The notes under the pieces: model-generated
What the model was told of the DNA's origin: nothing
Seen by the model: the letters and a program-made list of their open reading frames with translations, nothing else
Database searches by the model: none
Translations under genes and position numbers: made by a program
Shown here: positions 19,201 through 28,241 of the stretch, piece after piece
Layout: every line of letters starts with the position of its first letter
Position numbering within the stretch: position 1 is the first letter of the stretch
Assembly: GCA_045611965.1 (NCBI GenBank)
Contig: JAZKYE010000012.1
Location: 68,204 to 132,203, forward strand
Length of the DNA: 64,000 bases
Direction: 5' to 3'
DNA from: Eubacteriales bacterium
Lineage (GTDB): Bacteria; Bacillota; Clostridia; Oscillospirales; CAG-272

Positions 19201-19734
19201 TTGTACCTCAAGGTAAAAATCGTCGCCAAAAAGCGCTTTAAGCTCGTTAGCATAGCTAATAGCCTCAGGCATACTGCCTGCGAGTATAAGCTGCGGTATT
19301 TTTCCTGCAACACAGCCCGATAAGCATATAAGCCCCTCGTGATGCTCACGAAGCAGGTCCATATCTATACGAGGACGCATATAAAAGCCGTTTACATAGC
19401 TTTCTGATACCATATAACAAAGATTTTTATAGCCAACAGCATCCTTGCAGAGCAATATCATATGGTGTCCGGAGCTATCCTGCTTGCCCTCTTTATTAAA
19501 TCTTGACCGCGCCGCTACGTACACCTCACAGCCGATTATCGGCTTTACGCCCTTTTTCTTGAGAGAATCGTAAAACTCAACCGCGCCGTACATACAGCCG
19601 TGGTCGGTTATAGCAACCGCACGCTGTCCGTCAGAAAGCGCCTTGTCCGCAATGCCCGATATGCGCGCAGCACCGTCAAGCAGGCTGTATTCTGAATGTA
19701 AATGCAAATGACAAAAGCCTGACATCTTACTCAT
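16246..19734 (-). CDS. dnaE: DNA polymerase III alpha subunit (DnaE type)
   Basis: N-terminal PHP domain FCHLHLHSEYSLLDGA; 1162 aa; pol III alpha core; C-terminal OB fold. No PolC-type exonuclease insert. Confidence 0.96.
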   Translation of the reverse strand: MSKMSGFCHLHLHSEYSLLDGAARISGIADKALSDGQRAVAITDHGCMYGAVEFYDSLKKKGVKPIIGCEVYVAARSRFNKEGKQDSSGHHMILLCKDAVGYKNLCYMVSESYVNGFYMRPRIDMDLLREHHEGLICLSGCVAGKIPQLILAGSMPEAISYANELKALFGDDFYLEVQNHGIDEELRVSFGIRQISRETGIPMVATNDVHYLNRTDADNQAILMCIQMGTVITDGRPLGFENNEFYFKSEKEMRELFQDYEGAVDNCGIIADKCNFDFEFGNLHLPDFRADDGSSHSETLRKKAYAGFSQREKEGRFDYSKHDRDFYLRRMEYELSVIDKMGFNAYFLIVSDFVSYAKRNDIPVGPGRGSGAGSLVAFCTEITDVDPIAFDLLFERFLNPERVSMPDFDIDFCYNRREEVIDYVKRKYGDDKVAQIATFGTLAARAAIRDVGRALGMPYGKVDAVAKLVPQELGITIEKALVQRELNELYESDSEVRRLINVSRSLEGMPRHMSTHAAGVVITERPTYEYVPLSYSGTGVVTQFDMVTDERLGLVKFDFLGLRYITVLHDAEAAIRKRVKDFELSKIPFDDKATFRLLCDAKTDGVFQLESGGMKQVLSKLAPSNLEDIIAVIALFRPGPMDSIDTFIERKHGRQSISYQTPQLEDILKVTYGCIVYQEQVMQICRALAGYSYAEADLVRRAMAKKKADVMLSEREKFVKGCSKNGIDESISNSIFDSMVAFAQYAFNKSHATAYSIISYRTAYLKANYPKEYFAALMTSVLDSRDKLRQYIQDAQRFGVRVLAPDINLSGSDFSVSDGDIRFGLLAIKNVGRNVTDAIIREREGGRFKSFDSFVSRLSSSDINKRTLEAFIKCGVFDSLGVNRASLLSCYEQILDAEQTKQRNNIKGQMDFFSQVSFASEDSGGYTYPDLPEFTPRELLMLEKESSGMYFTGNIITSYSKALDATKCDSISEVIESVLDGGQDKPYHDGDFVKLGGIISAKKNKILKNGDTMAFLTLEDALSEIEVIVFPKPYAKYSNDLVEETAVVIEGKISVEDNDSAKILLSRLTTLKSNSELEKASAEAEVLEEKEKTVYIKLDSFAESKLNPIYRLANLYPGRCHVVVFDSSTRKYIAIRNIAIAECDEVMSRLKNYFGDSAVVIR

Positions 19735-19745
19735 CCCCCTTTTCT

Positions 19746-20642
19746 TTATTTTTTGTGCTTTTCAAGAAGCTGACCGCCAAGCGTCATAATTTTATTAAGT
19801 CTGTGTGAAAGTCCCGATTTAGTTATAGGCGGCGTATGGAAGCTTGCGAGCATTGCAAGCGAAGCGTCAGGATTTTCAAGACGCATTCTCGCCGTGTATG
19901 CAAGCTCGTCAGGAAGGCTTGACAAAAGCTTTTCCTCAATAAGCCTCTGTATAAGCTCGCGCTGCTGCTTTGACATTTCAACCGTTCTTGCGATATTTCC
20001 GATTTCAATATTACGAAGTCTGTTAATTCTATTATTAAAATCCTTTTGTATTCCCGAGTTGATAAGGTCGTACGTTACATTTTCAAGCGCCGCCATGCTG
20101 AAGAAATCCTCGATAACAGCCTGTCGTTTGCAAAAGATGGTTTTTTGTATATCATCATATCTTGCGCGTGTTGACACAAGGAACTCAAGTCCAAGCGCAT
20201 CTAACAGCTCTTTCACCTCATTTTGTCTGAATGTGGGTGTTAATTCAAGGCAGAATTGCTTTGTAGGGTCTGACATTTTTCCTGCCGCCATAAATAATCC
20301 ACGCAAAATGGCACTCTGACATGATGGGCATTTTATAAATTCCCGAATTGAAAGCTGGCCGCCGGCGAACTTATTTATCATTGACGACATAGCCTTCGAC
20401 CTGATATTTAAAAGGTATCTGCGGCCACCCGAGGAAACCGACTCGGGGGTAACCGAGTAGAATTCACGCACGAGTCCCTCGATACATAAAACGGCGCTTT
20501 TATCCGATACGGTGACGGTAGTGACACCGTCTTTCGCATCCCCCTTTGCATAGAGCATAGAGCAAAGCAAGGCGCGTCTGCAGCAGCTGTTTTTATATGC
20601 ACTTTTATAAATATCACTCTTGATATCCGAGCAAAAAGACAT
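19746..20642 (-). CDS. whiA: DNA-binding sporulation/cell-division regulator WhiA
   Basis: MSFCSDIK...CCRRALL N-terminus; degenerate LAGLIDADG-like middle; C-terminal HTH ...SKSGLSHRLNKI. Confidence 0.92.
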   Translation of the reverse strand: MSFCSDIKSDIYKSAYKNSCCRRALLCSMLYAKGDAKDGVTTVTVSDKSAVLCIEGLVREFYSVTPESVSSGGRRYLLNIRSKAMSSMINKFAGGQLSIREFIKCPSCQSAILRGLFMAAGKMSDPTKQFCLELTPTFRQNEVKELLDALGLEFLVSTRARYDDIQKTIFCKRQAVIEDFFSMAALENVTYDLINSGIQKDFNNRINRLRNIEIGNIARTVEMSKQQRELIQRLIEEKLLSSLPDELAYTARMRLENPDASLAMLASFHTPPITKSGLSHRLNKIMTLGGQLLEKHKK

Positions 20643-20659
20643 ATCGCGCCCCCCTTTTT

Positions 20660-21553
20660 TTAATTTCCTATTATCTCAACCTCTTCTTCAAGCAGAACAC
20701 CCTGCTTTTCATAAACCGTGCGCTTTACAGCGCGCGAAAGGTCGATTATATCCTTTGGCGTAGCGCCGCCAATATTTACAATAAAGCCTGCGTGCTTTTC
20801 CGAAACGCGAGCACCGCCTACCGTCATGCCGCGAAGCCCGCAAATATCAATAAGCCTTGCCGAATAATCGTTAGGTGGCCTTTTGAAAAAGCTACCAAGG
20901 CTCGGCTCTGTCGGTTGCTTCGCAAGCCTTAATTTGCGGTAAGAGTCAAGCCCTGATGCGATATACTGCTCATCTGCCCCTTTACTGTGAAGCATAACGC
21001 GAAGCAGGATATAATCTCCGCTTGATAAAATACTGTTTCGGTAGGAAAAGCACATATCACCTTTATTAAGGTGTGTTATGCGCTTATTTTTAATACTGTA
21101 CACCTCGGCTGAATGAAATATATCAGAGATACACTCACCAAACGCCCCTGCATTCTGCCTTACCATACCGCCAACCGTACCTGGTATCCCCGACATAGGA
21201 AGCGATAGGTATTTTAAAGAGCCTTTAAGTGAGGACTGCACAGCCCCAAAAACAGCACCTGCCGAGGCGCATACAAGCCCGTCCTCAAAGCATACATCAC
21301 GAACACCTCTCGTACTTACAATACAAAGGCTCTCGCATCCGTCAGAAAACAAGGTATTTGTGCATTTGCCTATTAGTTTATACGGCCCACCCATTGACAC
21401 AAGTCCATTTACTGTGTATATCAGCTCGTCAACGCTTCGCGGCTGGATAAATGCCTTAACAGTACCGCCTGCGCGTATCGACGAGAGACCGCTCGTATCG
21501 AAGCGTTCTTTAAACGGAATTTTGCTTTGCGAAAGGAAATCGGAAATATTCAA
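20660..21553 (-). CDS. murB: UDP-N-acetylenolpyruvoylglucosamine reductase
   Basis: FAD-binding domain (IRAGGTVKAF...), GIPGTVGG, C-terminal SLGSFFKRP and GGARVSEKHAGFIVN motifs. Confidence 0.93.
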   Translation of the reverse strand: MNISDFLSQSKIPFKERFDTSGLSSIRAGGTVKAFIQPRSVDELIYTVNGLVSMGGPYKLIGKCTNTLFSDGCESLCIVSTRGVRDVCFEDGLVCASAGAVFGAVQSSLKGSLKYLSLPMSGIPGTVGGMVRQNAGAFGECISDIFHSAEVYSIKNKRITHLNKGDMCFSYRNSILSSGDYILLRVMLHSKGADEQYIASGLDSYRKLRLAKQPTEPSLGSFFKRPPNDYSARLIDICGLRGMTVGGARVSEKHAGFIVNIGGATPKDIIDLSRAVKRTVYEKQGVLLEEEVEIIGN

Positions 21554-21567
21554 GCTTTACCTCGAAA

Positions 21568-23265
21568 TTATTTTTTATAAATTTCTCTTTCCTTAAGCAT
21601 ATCGTAAGCAGCCGCTCTTTGTGCATCGGTGATATTTATACCGCCAAGAATACGCGAAAGCTCTGCCACTCTTCCCTCGTCATCGAGCTCTGAAACCTCG
21701 GTTTGTGTAGAATCGCCTGCGTCCTGCTTGGTAATAAGCAGGTGAAGATCGGCAAGCGATGCGATCTGTGCGCTGTGCGTGACTGAAACTACCTGCACAC
21801 CACGGGAAAGCTCTAAAAGCTTTATTCCGATTTTTCTTGCGGTTTTACCCGACACACCCGCGTCAATTTCATCAAAAATTATCGTTCTTACGCCGTCCTT
21901 ATCGGCAATAACATTTTTGAGCGAGAGCATAATTCTCGCAAGCTCACCGCCCGATGCGATTTTCGCAAGCGGCTTGGGCTCAGCGCCCTTGTTTGCGCTG
22001 ATAAAGAACTCGACGGTGTCATAGCCTAGCGGTGAAAGACGCTTTTTCTCACCGTCATTTTCAACCTTAAGCTGTGTTAAGAACACAACCTTCGGCATAT
22101 CAAGAAACTCAAGCGTTTCAAGCACACGCCCCTCAAGCGTACCCTTTGCCTCTGCGCGCGCCTCGTGAAGCTTATCCGCAAGCAATACCGCCTTGTTATA
22201 GGCATCCCTTTGCTCAGTATTCAGCTTAAGCAACAAATCCGAGGAATTTTTAAGCTTATCCACTTCGCCACTGATATTTTCAAGAAATGCTAAAATATCT
22301 TCAACAGTAGGTCCGTACTTGCGCTTTAAGCGCGAAATCTTATCAAGCCTCGACTCTATCTCGTTAAGTCGCTCGGTGGGATCCTCGTCAAGTCCGTCAA
22401 GTGACGCGTAAACCTCTTCGGATATATCGTCAACCTTGTATAGAATATCACGAAGCGTCTGCGCGTAGCCGTCGAACGCAGGAATAACGTCAGAAAGCTG
22501 TTCAAGCTGGGAAATACATCTGTCTATAAGATAGCACGCGCTTCCCTTTTCGCTGCCCTTCAGTGCACGGAAAACAAAGCCTGCCTGCTTGGTAATGCGT
22601 TCGGAATTCTTAAGCTTAAGCTTTTTATCAATAAGCTCTTCTTCCTCGCCTGCTTTGAGCGAAAGCGAGCTTATATCGTTTATCTGATACTCGTACATCT
22701 CGACAAGGCGCTCGCGCTCAGCTTCCTTTTCGGTGATGCTCTTAATCTCGTTTGTAATTCTTACATATTCAGCATATGCGAGCTTGTATTCCGAAAGAAT
22801 ATCAGAGACCCCGGCATAGGTGTCAAGAATATTTATATGCGTAGATGGATCCGTAAGTGCGTGGGTATCTGCCTGACCGTGAATATTTACAAGACCTCGG
22901 CAGAGTGATTTGAGAACGGATATACTGACCGCCCTTCCGTTTACACGTATCTGCGAGCGTCCGTCAGCCATGAGCCTTCTCTGCAATAGAATAGTTCCCT
23001 CTTCATCAGGGAAAATTCCAAGCGCCTCAAAATATTTGAGATCATCGGCGGTAAAGCCACCGAAAAGACCGCTTACAAAGCAGAAATCCTCACCGTGACG
23101 AATAAGCTCGCGTTCACCCTTTGCGCCGAGAAGAAGCTTTATTGAATCTATAATAATTGATTTGCCCGCACCCGTCTGTCCTGTAAGCGCACAGAAGCCA
23201 TGAGTAAAATCAACGTCTATGCTTTTTATTACAGCCACGTTTTCAACGTGTAATGAAATAAGCAT
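21568..23265 (-). CDS. recN: DNA repair protein RecN
   Basis: Walker A GQTGAGKSI; long coiled coil; signature ASGGELARIMLSL; Walker B IIFDEIDAGVSG. Confidence 0.95.
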   Translation of the reverse strand: MLISLHVENVAVIKSIDVDFTHGFCALTGQTGAGKSIIIDSIKLLLGAKGERELIRHGEDFCFVSGLFGGFTADDLKYFEALGIFPDEEGTILLQRRLMADGRSQIRVNGRAVSISVLKSLCRGLVNIHGQADTHALTDPSTHINILDTYAGVSDILSEYKLAYAEYVRITNEIKSITEKEAERERLVEMYEYQINDISSLSLKAGEEEELIDKKLKLKNSERITKQAGFVFRALKGSEKGSACYLIDRCISQLEQLSDVIPAFDGYAQTLRDILYKVDDISEEVYASLDGLDEDPTERLNEIESRLDKISRLKRKYGPTVEDILAFLENISGEVDKLKNSSDLLLKLNTEQRDAYNKAVLLADKLHEARAEAKGTLEGRVLETLEFLDMPKVVFLTQLKVENDGEKKRLSPLGYDTVEFFISANKGAEPKPLAKIASGGELARIMLSLKNVIADKDGVRTIIFDEIDAGVSGKTARKIGIKLLELSRGVQVVSVTHSAQIASLADLHLLITKQDAGDSTQTEVSELDDEGRVAELSRILGGINITDAQRAAAYDMLKEREIYKK

Positions 23266-23283
23266 ACTGAAATCTCCTTAAAA

Positions 23284-23742
23284 TCAGCCGTTTACACCGA
23301 AAATAGAATGAAGCTTATCCGAAAGGCTCTGCGCCGCCTCGTCTGTAGTAAGCACGATAAGAATAGTATCGTCGCCTGCAACGCTACCGAGAATATCGCT
23401 TTGCCCGATAGAATCAATACATACGGCAATTGCGTTTGCCATTCCCGAGAGGGTTTTAACCACTACGATATTGCGTGCCGCCTGAATTTTAAGGCATGCC
23501 TCTGAAAGGGCTGAATTTACAACACTAACATTATTATCGCGTCTTATTTCGGGAAGCACATACTTATATCTGCCGGAGCCACTCACCGTCTTGACGAGCT
23601 TAAGCTGATTAATGTCGCGAGAAACGGTTGTCTGCGTTACAGAAAAGCCTGCCTCGTTAAGTCTTGCTATAAGCTGCTCTTGAGTTTCTATATCATATTT
23701 CTCGATAAGCTCAAGAATTTTCTGCTGGCGTGAGTTTTTCAT
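23284..23742 (-). CDS. argR: Arginine repressor
   Basis: Winged-helix SVTQTTVSRDINQLKLVK; C-terminal oligomerisation/arginine-binding GSVAGDDTILIV. Confidence 0.93.
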   Translation of the reverse strand: MKNSRQQKILELIEKYDIETQEQLIARLNEAGFSVTQTTVSRDINQLKLVKTVSGSGRYKYVLPEIRRDNNVSVVNSALSEACLKIQAARNIVVVKTLSGMANAIAVCIDSIGQSDILGSVAGDDTILIVLTTDEAAQSLSDKLHSIFGVNG

Positions 23743-24587
23743 CAGATATCCTCCAGAATCTTAATCTTTTTAAAGAGTGCCGAAAGCATATTGTTGTTTT
23801 TAAAGGAAACCACCTTAAGATGCTTTTCGCTGACATAAACACGGCAAAAGTCCCCCGTTTCAAGCGTCTTGAAGCGTCTGCCGTCAATGCTGATATTGAG
23901 TCTGTCAGAGCCCGTGTTGGTAAGCATCAGCACCTCTGAATCCGAAAATACAAAGGCGCGGTTAAAGAATGAGTGAGGGCAAATGGGCGTAACGACGATA
24001 GCGCGTACATTGTGTGAAACGATAGGTCCGCCTGCGGAAAGCGAATAGGCGGTAGAGCCCTGCGGTGTCGATATGCAAAGTCCGTCAGCTCTGTATTTTA
24101 CACAGCCGTCGCTTGAGCTTAATGTAAAATCGGCAATACCAAGATAGTTTTCGTGCGACAAAACAATATCGTTAAGCGCAAATCGGTCACTCTCACAGGC
24201 TTCCTTGCCAAGATAGGTAGCGGAAAGAAGCATCTTTTCGTGTATCTCATATTCACCCGTCACAAGATTTGAAAGAGTATCAAGTGCATCAGGCTCAAGC
24301 TCATTGAGATAGCCGACCTTGCCAAGATTTACACCGAGCAAGGGTATATCGTATTTCGTAGCGAGCACAGACGCATCGAGCATCGAGCCGTCGCCACCTA
24401 TAACAATGATAAGCTCGCACTCTTGCTGAAAATCAGTATAATAGTTGATAAAATCAAGTCCCAAGCTTGCATATGTATTTTCGAGAAAAACCTCAATACC
24501 CAAGCTATGAAGCTTTTGAGCGACTCTCGCCGTAATATCAAGATTAAGGTCCTTATTCGCATTTGGAATCAAGCAAACCCTTTTCAT
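23742..24587 (-). CDS. nadK: NAD kinase
   Basis: GGDGSML motif; GVNLGKVGYL; STPQGSTAYSLSAGGPIV. Confidence 0.93.
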   Translation of the reverse strand: MKRVCLIPNANKDLNLDITARVAQKLHSLGIEVFLENTYASLGLDFINYYTDFQQECELIIVIGGDGSMLDASVLATKYDIPLLGVNLGKVGYLNELEPDALDTLSNLVTGEYEIHEKMLLSATYLGKEACESDRFALNDIVLSHENYLGIADFTLSSSDGCVKYRADGLCISTPQGSTAYSLSAGGPIVSHNVRAIVVTPICPHSFFNRAFVFSDSEVLMLTNTGSDRLNISIDGRRFKTLETGDFCRVYVSEKHLKVVSFKNNNMLSALFKKIKILEDI

Positions 24588-24605
24588 ACCCTTACTCCGT
24601 AAAAA

Positions 24606-25334
24606 TTATTTTCTGAAATGCACGAGATATTCGGTGTTGCCGTCACCGCCCTCAATGGGCGATACAACCGAGTTAACATAGGTAAATCCTATAGATTTTC
24701 CAAATTCAACAACCCCAACAAGCGCCTTTTCTCTCGCCTTTTTATCCTTAACGATGCCACCCTTGCCTATATGCGCGCGTCCAACCTCAAACTGCGGCTT
24801 AACAAGCAGAATATAGTCTGCCCCCTCGGGCAAAACCGAATATACCGCAGGCATAATAAGAGTAGCCGAGATAAAGGAAACATCCATAACCGCGAGCGTC
24901 GGTGTGTAATCAAAGCTGCTCGCGCTCATATATCTCGCATTGAAATTTTCGTACGATATAACTCTCTCGTCCGAGGCAAGCGAGTCATTAAGCTGACCTT
25001 GACCGGAATCCACTGCAAGCACAAGAGATGCGCCTCTTTGCAGAAGGCAATCGGTAAAGCCACCACTCGACGCACCAACATCGAGGCAGATTCTGCCATT
25101 AAGATCAACGCAAAAGCTATCAAGTGCGCCGTCAAGCTTAAGACCGCCACGGCTGACAAACTTAAAATCGGATCTGTCAAGTGAGATATCGCAAGAAAAG
25201 CTTTCGTCTATATCGTAAGAGGGCTTCGTTATAGCCTTGCCATCAACGAGAACCTTTGCCGCCTCTATCAGCGATTTTGCCTCGGTTCTGCTTCGGCACA
25301 GTCCTCTTGCGGTAAGGAACAGATCAAGTCTCAT
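24606..25334 (-). CDS. tlyA: TlyA family 16S/23S rRNA (cytidine-2'-O)-methyltransferase
   Basis: S4 domain MRLDLFLTARGL.SR..A; SAM motif LDVGASSGGFTDCLLQRGA. Start taken at ATG 25334 (MRLDLF), not the listed 25382. Confidence 0.88.
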   Translation of the reverse strand: MRLDLFLTARGLCRSRTEAKSLIEAAKVLVDGKAITKPSYDIDESFSCDISLDRSDFKFVSRGGLKLDGALDSFCVDLNGRICLDVGASSGGFTDCLLQRGASLVLAVDSGQGQLNDSLASDERVISYENFNARYMSASSFDYTPTLAVMDVSFISATLIMPAVYSVLPEGADYILLVKPQFEVGRAHIGKGGIVKDKKAREKALVGVVEFGKSIGFTYVNSVVSPIEGGDGNTEYLVHFRK

Positions 25335-25560
25335 CGTCAGAGTCAAACGGCATATCGGTAATAGAGCCGTCGTGTCCCTCAACTATCATTCTGACCCTTG
25401 CCTCGGCAGAGGAAATCTGTTTCTCACAGCTCACAAAAAGCTTTACAGCCTCTTCATAGGATTTAAGTGACTGATCGAGCGTTGCATCACCGCTGTCAAG
25501 AAAATCAGCGATTTTTTCAAGACGCTCTATCATATTTTCAAAGCTTAAATTTTCGCTCAT
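25324..25560 (-). CDS. xseB: Exodeoxyribonuclease VII small subunit
   Basis: 78 aa; FENMIERLEKI...LD.SLK.YEE...L. Overlaps xseA by 4 nt. Confidence 0.9.
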   Translation of the reverse strand: MSENLSFENMIERLEKIADFLDSGDATLDQSLKSYEEAVKLFVSCEKQISSAEARVRMIVEGHDGSITDMPFDSDDET

Positions 25561-26777
25561 TTAAGTAACTCCTTTTTATCCACGGTAAGCGAGAGCACAC
25601 CGTCGTTTAGTCTTGCCGAAAGGCTCTGTCCCACTTCAACATCATTTACCGTTCTGACGGCTTTGTCAGTGGAATTAAGCACGCAGTATCCTCGGCTTAA
25701 CACGGACAGCGGGCTTAATGCGTTGATTTTTGCCGCAAGCTCTGCAAGCCTTGCTTTTTTTCTATCGAGCGTGCGCCCTGCGGCTGCATCCACGCGAGCT
25801 TTAAGCTCTTTTATCAGGGATTTATATTCCTCGGTAATGCCTGACGAGGAAATTCTCGCCCTCAAAGCCTTAAGCTTTTCGCCGCCTCTTTCAATTTTAT
25901 AGAGCATAGAGCCCGAAATTCTGCCGATAAGCATATCAAGTCTTACTGAAAGCTCTCTGATATCGGGCACAGCAAGCTCTGCCGCCGCAGAGGGCGTGGG
26001 CGCGCGTTTATCGGCTACAAAATCACAAATTGTAAAATCGGTTTCGTGTCCGACGGCAGAAATCACGGGGATTTTGCAGGCAAAAATACGCCTTGCAAGA
26101 GCCTCGGAATTAAATGAGTAAAGGTCCTCAAGCGAGCCACCGCCGCGTCCGATTATGATAAGGTCAACAAGATTCGTCTGGTCGAAGAAATCAACCGCCT
26201 CGATAAGATTATCCTCTGCCCCATCCCCTTGCACGAGCGAAGGATAGAGATATATTGTTGCTATGGGAAAGCGTCTTGTGATGACATTTATAATATCACG
26301 CACCGCCGCACCGGTAGGCGAGGTTATAACGCCGATTTTAGTAGGATATTTTGGCAGAGGCTTTTTATGCCCGTCAAGGAAAAGCCCCTCTGCATCAAGC
26401 CTTGCCTTCAGCTGCTCATAGGCAAGATACAACGCGCCAATTCCGTCGGGTGTAATCTGGGTTACATAAAGCTGATACATTCCGCCCTGTGTGTAAACGC
26501 CAACTGATGCGCGGACAATGACCTTCATACCGTTTTCGGGCGCGAATTTAAGATGCTGCGCGCTTGAACGGAACATAACCGCCTTGATTTGCGATTCCTC
26601 GTCCTTTAAGGTAAAATAAATATGTCCGCTTCTGTGTGCGGTGAGGTTTGATATTTCACCCTTAACGGTAAGAGTTTTAAGCGCCCTATCGTTTTCTATT
26701 AAATTTTTCAGAATACCGTTAAGCTCACTTACGGTATATGACGCATCGCGCCTCTCTCTTAAAGAGGATATATCCAT
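25557..26777 (-). CDS. xseA: Exodeoxyribonuclease VII large subunit
   Basis: N-terminal OB fold (VKGEISN...HRSGHIYFTLKD), GVITSPTGAAVRD, GRGGGSLEDL, ISAVGHETD. Confidence 0.95.
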   Translation of the reverse strand: MDISSLRERRDASYTVSELNGILKNLIENDRALKTLTVKGEISNLTAHRSGHIYFTLKDEESQIKAVMFRSSAQHLKFAPENGMKVIVRASVGVYTQGGMYQLYVTQITPDGIGALYLAYEQLKARLDAEGLFLDGHKKPLPKYPTKIGVITSPTGAAVRDIINVITRRFPIATIYLYPSLVQGDGAEDNLIEAVDFFDQTNLVDLIIIGRGGGSLEDLYSFNSEALARRIFACKIPVISAVGHETDFTICDFVADKRAPTPSAAAELAVPDIRELSVRLDMLIGRISGSMLYKIERGGEKLKALRARISSSGITEEYKSLIKELKARVDAAAGRTLDRKKARLAELAAKINALSPLSVLSRGYCVLNSTDKAVRTVNDVEVGQSLSARLNDGVLSLTVDKKELLK

Positions 26778-26780
26778 TTT

Positions 26781-27731
26781 TTACCTCTCGGTAGAATTTT
26801 TAAGCATTGTAAGATAGGCAATTCCTACCGCATTGTCACGGGAAAGCTCGGGATGTGCAAAGTGCGCCTTATAGCGCGAGCAAAGCGTATTTCTGATAAT
26901 GGAATTGCTCATTACACCGCCTGCGAACACTATCTCACTCTCACCGAACCTATCAATATAGGAATCAACCATAGCGCACACGGACTTTGCTATGTAATCA
27001 AGCACAAAGCGCGCAACAAGCGGCGGATTTTCTGACGATTTGTAAAGACGCTGTGCCATATTTTCAAGTCCTGACAGATTAACATAGCCTTCGTTTATAC
27101 AAATTCTTTTTTTAGGCACGGGCTGTGAATTTTCAAGCGCAAGCGCTTCAAGCGCAACCCCGGACGGAAAATCAAGTCCAAGCATACCGCCAACTCGGTC
27201 AATAACCTGACCGGCGTTTAAATCTTTAGTACCGCCAACGAGCTCTTGAACGAAGCCGTCACCCACAAAGCGCGTTTTTAAAAGCTCGGTAGTGCCGCCT
27301 GATATATGAAGCGAGGCAAATTCCCTACCGTCAAGCAGATGCAAAGCCCCCGATGAAAGAATTGCCGCCATAATATGTCCGCATTGATGCGAAAAGGTGT
27401 AAAGCGACGACGCGCATACGGTAGAAGCTGCGGTAGCGCAGGATACCCCTGACAAAAAGCACGGCATATATGAGTGCTCGACGTTTCTCGGTCTTGACGA
27501 TACACCTATTGCAATAATCCTGCTATCGTGTAAAAAAACCCGAAGCTTATCAAAAAGCAAAGGCAAATTCTTTGCATGAAGAAATACAGCGTCAGACTGA
27601 CGCAGCCCCACCTCGCCCGATTTGACTGTAAGCGGTGCTTTCAGATTGGCGATAATCTCACCGTCAGACGAAACGACACCCAAAGACGTCGTATAATTTG
27701 AGGTATCTATACCTAAATATATTTCCTTCAT
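26781..27731 (-). CDS. TsaD/Kae1 (peptidase M22, ASKHA fold) family paralog
   Basis: LGIDTSNYTTSLGVV; HxxxH pair SHQCGHI; ISGGTTEL; DLNAGQVIDRVGGMLGLDFPSG; FAGGVMSNSIIRN; SRDNAVGIA. These are collinear with the TsaD motifs but clearly diverged. 1-nt overlap with nusB. Confidence 0.65.
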   Translation of the reverse strand: MKEIYLGIDTSNYTTSLGVVSSDGEIIANLKAPLTVKSGEVGLRQSDAVFLHAKNLPLLFDKLRVFLHDSRIIAIGVSSRPRNVEHSYMPCFLSGVSCATAASTVCASSLYTFSHQCGHIMAAILSSGALHLLDGREFASLHISGGTTELLKTRFVGDGFVQELVGGTKDLNAGQVIDRVGGMLGLDFPSGVALEALALENSQPVPKKRICINEGYVNLSGLENMAQRLYKSSENPPLVARFVLDYIAKSVCAMVDSYIDRFGESEIVFAGGVMSNSIIRNTLCSRYKAHFAHPELSRDNAVGIAYLTMLKNSTER

Positions 27732-28135
27732 CAGTTTGCTTCGAGCTTTTTATAAATCGCGTTGAGAACACCGTTGACGAAGGTATAGCTCTTCTCATCG
27801 TCGTACTTCTTTGAAAGCTCTACCGCCTCGTTTATGGAAACGCGCGCAGGTACATCCTCGCACGCAAGCATCTCATAGGTCGCTAATGCAAGAAGCGCTC
27901 TTGATACGGGTGATATACGCTTCTTTGACCAGCCTACGAGATTAGCGTCGATAAGCTCGTTAATTTCCTTGCGACGCTCGGCAACACCGAAAAATACCTT
28001 TTTCACGAAATCGTCCGACTCAAAATCAGGAAACTCACTCGCATATTCAAATATTTCAAGCGGTGTTTCATCCTCACGGCATTCAGCCTCAAAAAGAAGA
28101 ATAAAGGCGTTTTCGCGGGCTTTTGTTCTGTTCAT
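27731..28135 (-). CDS. nusB: Transcription antitermination factor NusB
   Basis: RTKARENAFILLFE...; W...R...V.RALLALATYEM; INEAVELSKKY. Confidence 0.93.
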   Translation of the reverse strand: MNRTKARENAFILLFEAECREDETPLEIFEYASEFPDFESDDFVKKVFFGVAERRKEINELIDANLVGWSKKRISPVSRALLALATYEMLACEDVPARVSINEAVELSKKYDDEKSYTFVNGVLNAIYKKLEAN

Positions 28136-28163
28136 AAGAACCCTCCAAAAAATATATATAAAT

Positions 28164-28192
28164 ATTATAATAAATTAATAAATAAAAGTCAA
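28164..28192 (-). promoter_or_regulatory. sigma-A type promoter of the nusB operon
   Basis: Minus strand: TTGACT (28192-28187), 17 nt, TATAAT (28169-28164). Confidence 0.55.
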
Positions 28193-28241
28193 CCGCTTTG
28201 CCGCAATTCATCAGGAAGATAGAAATAATTTTATTTTTCAC

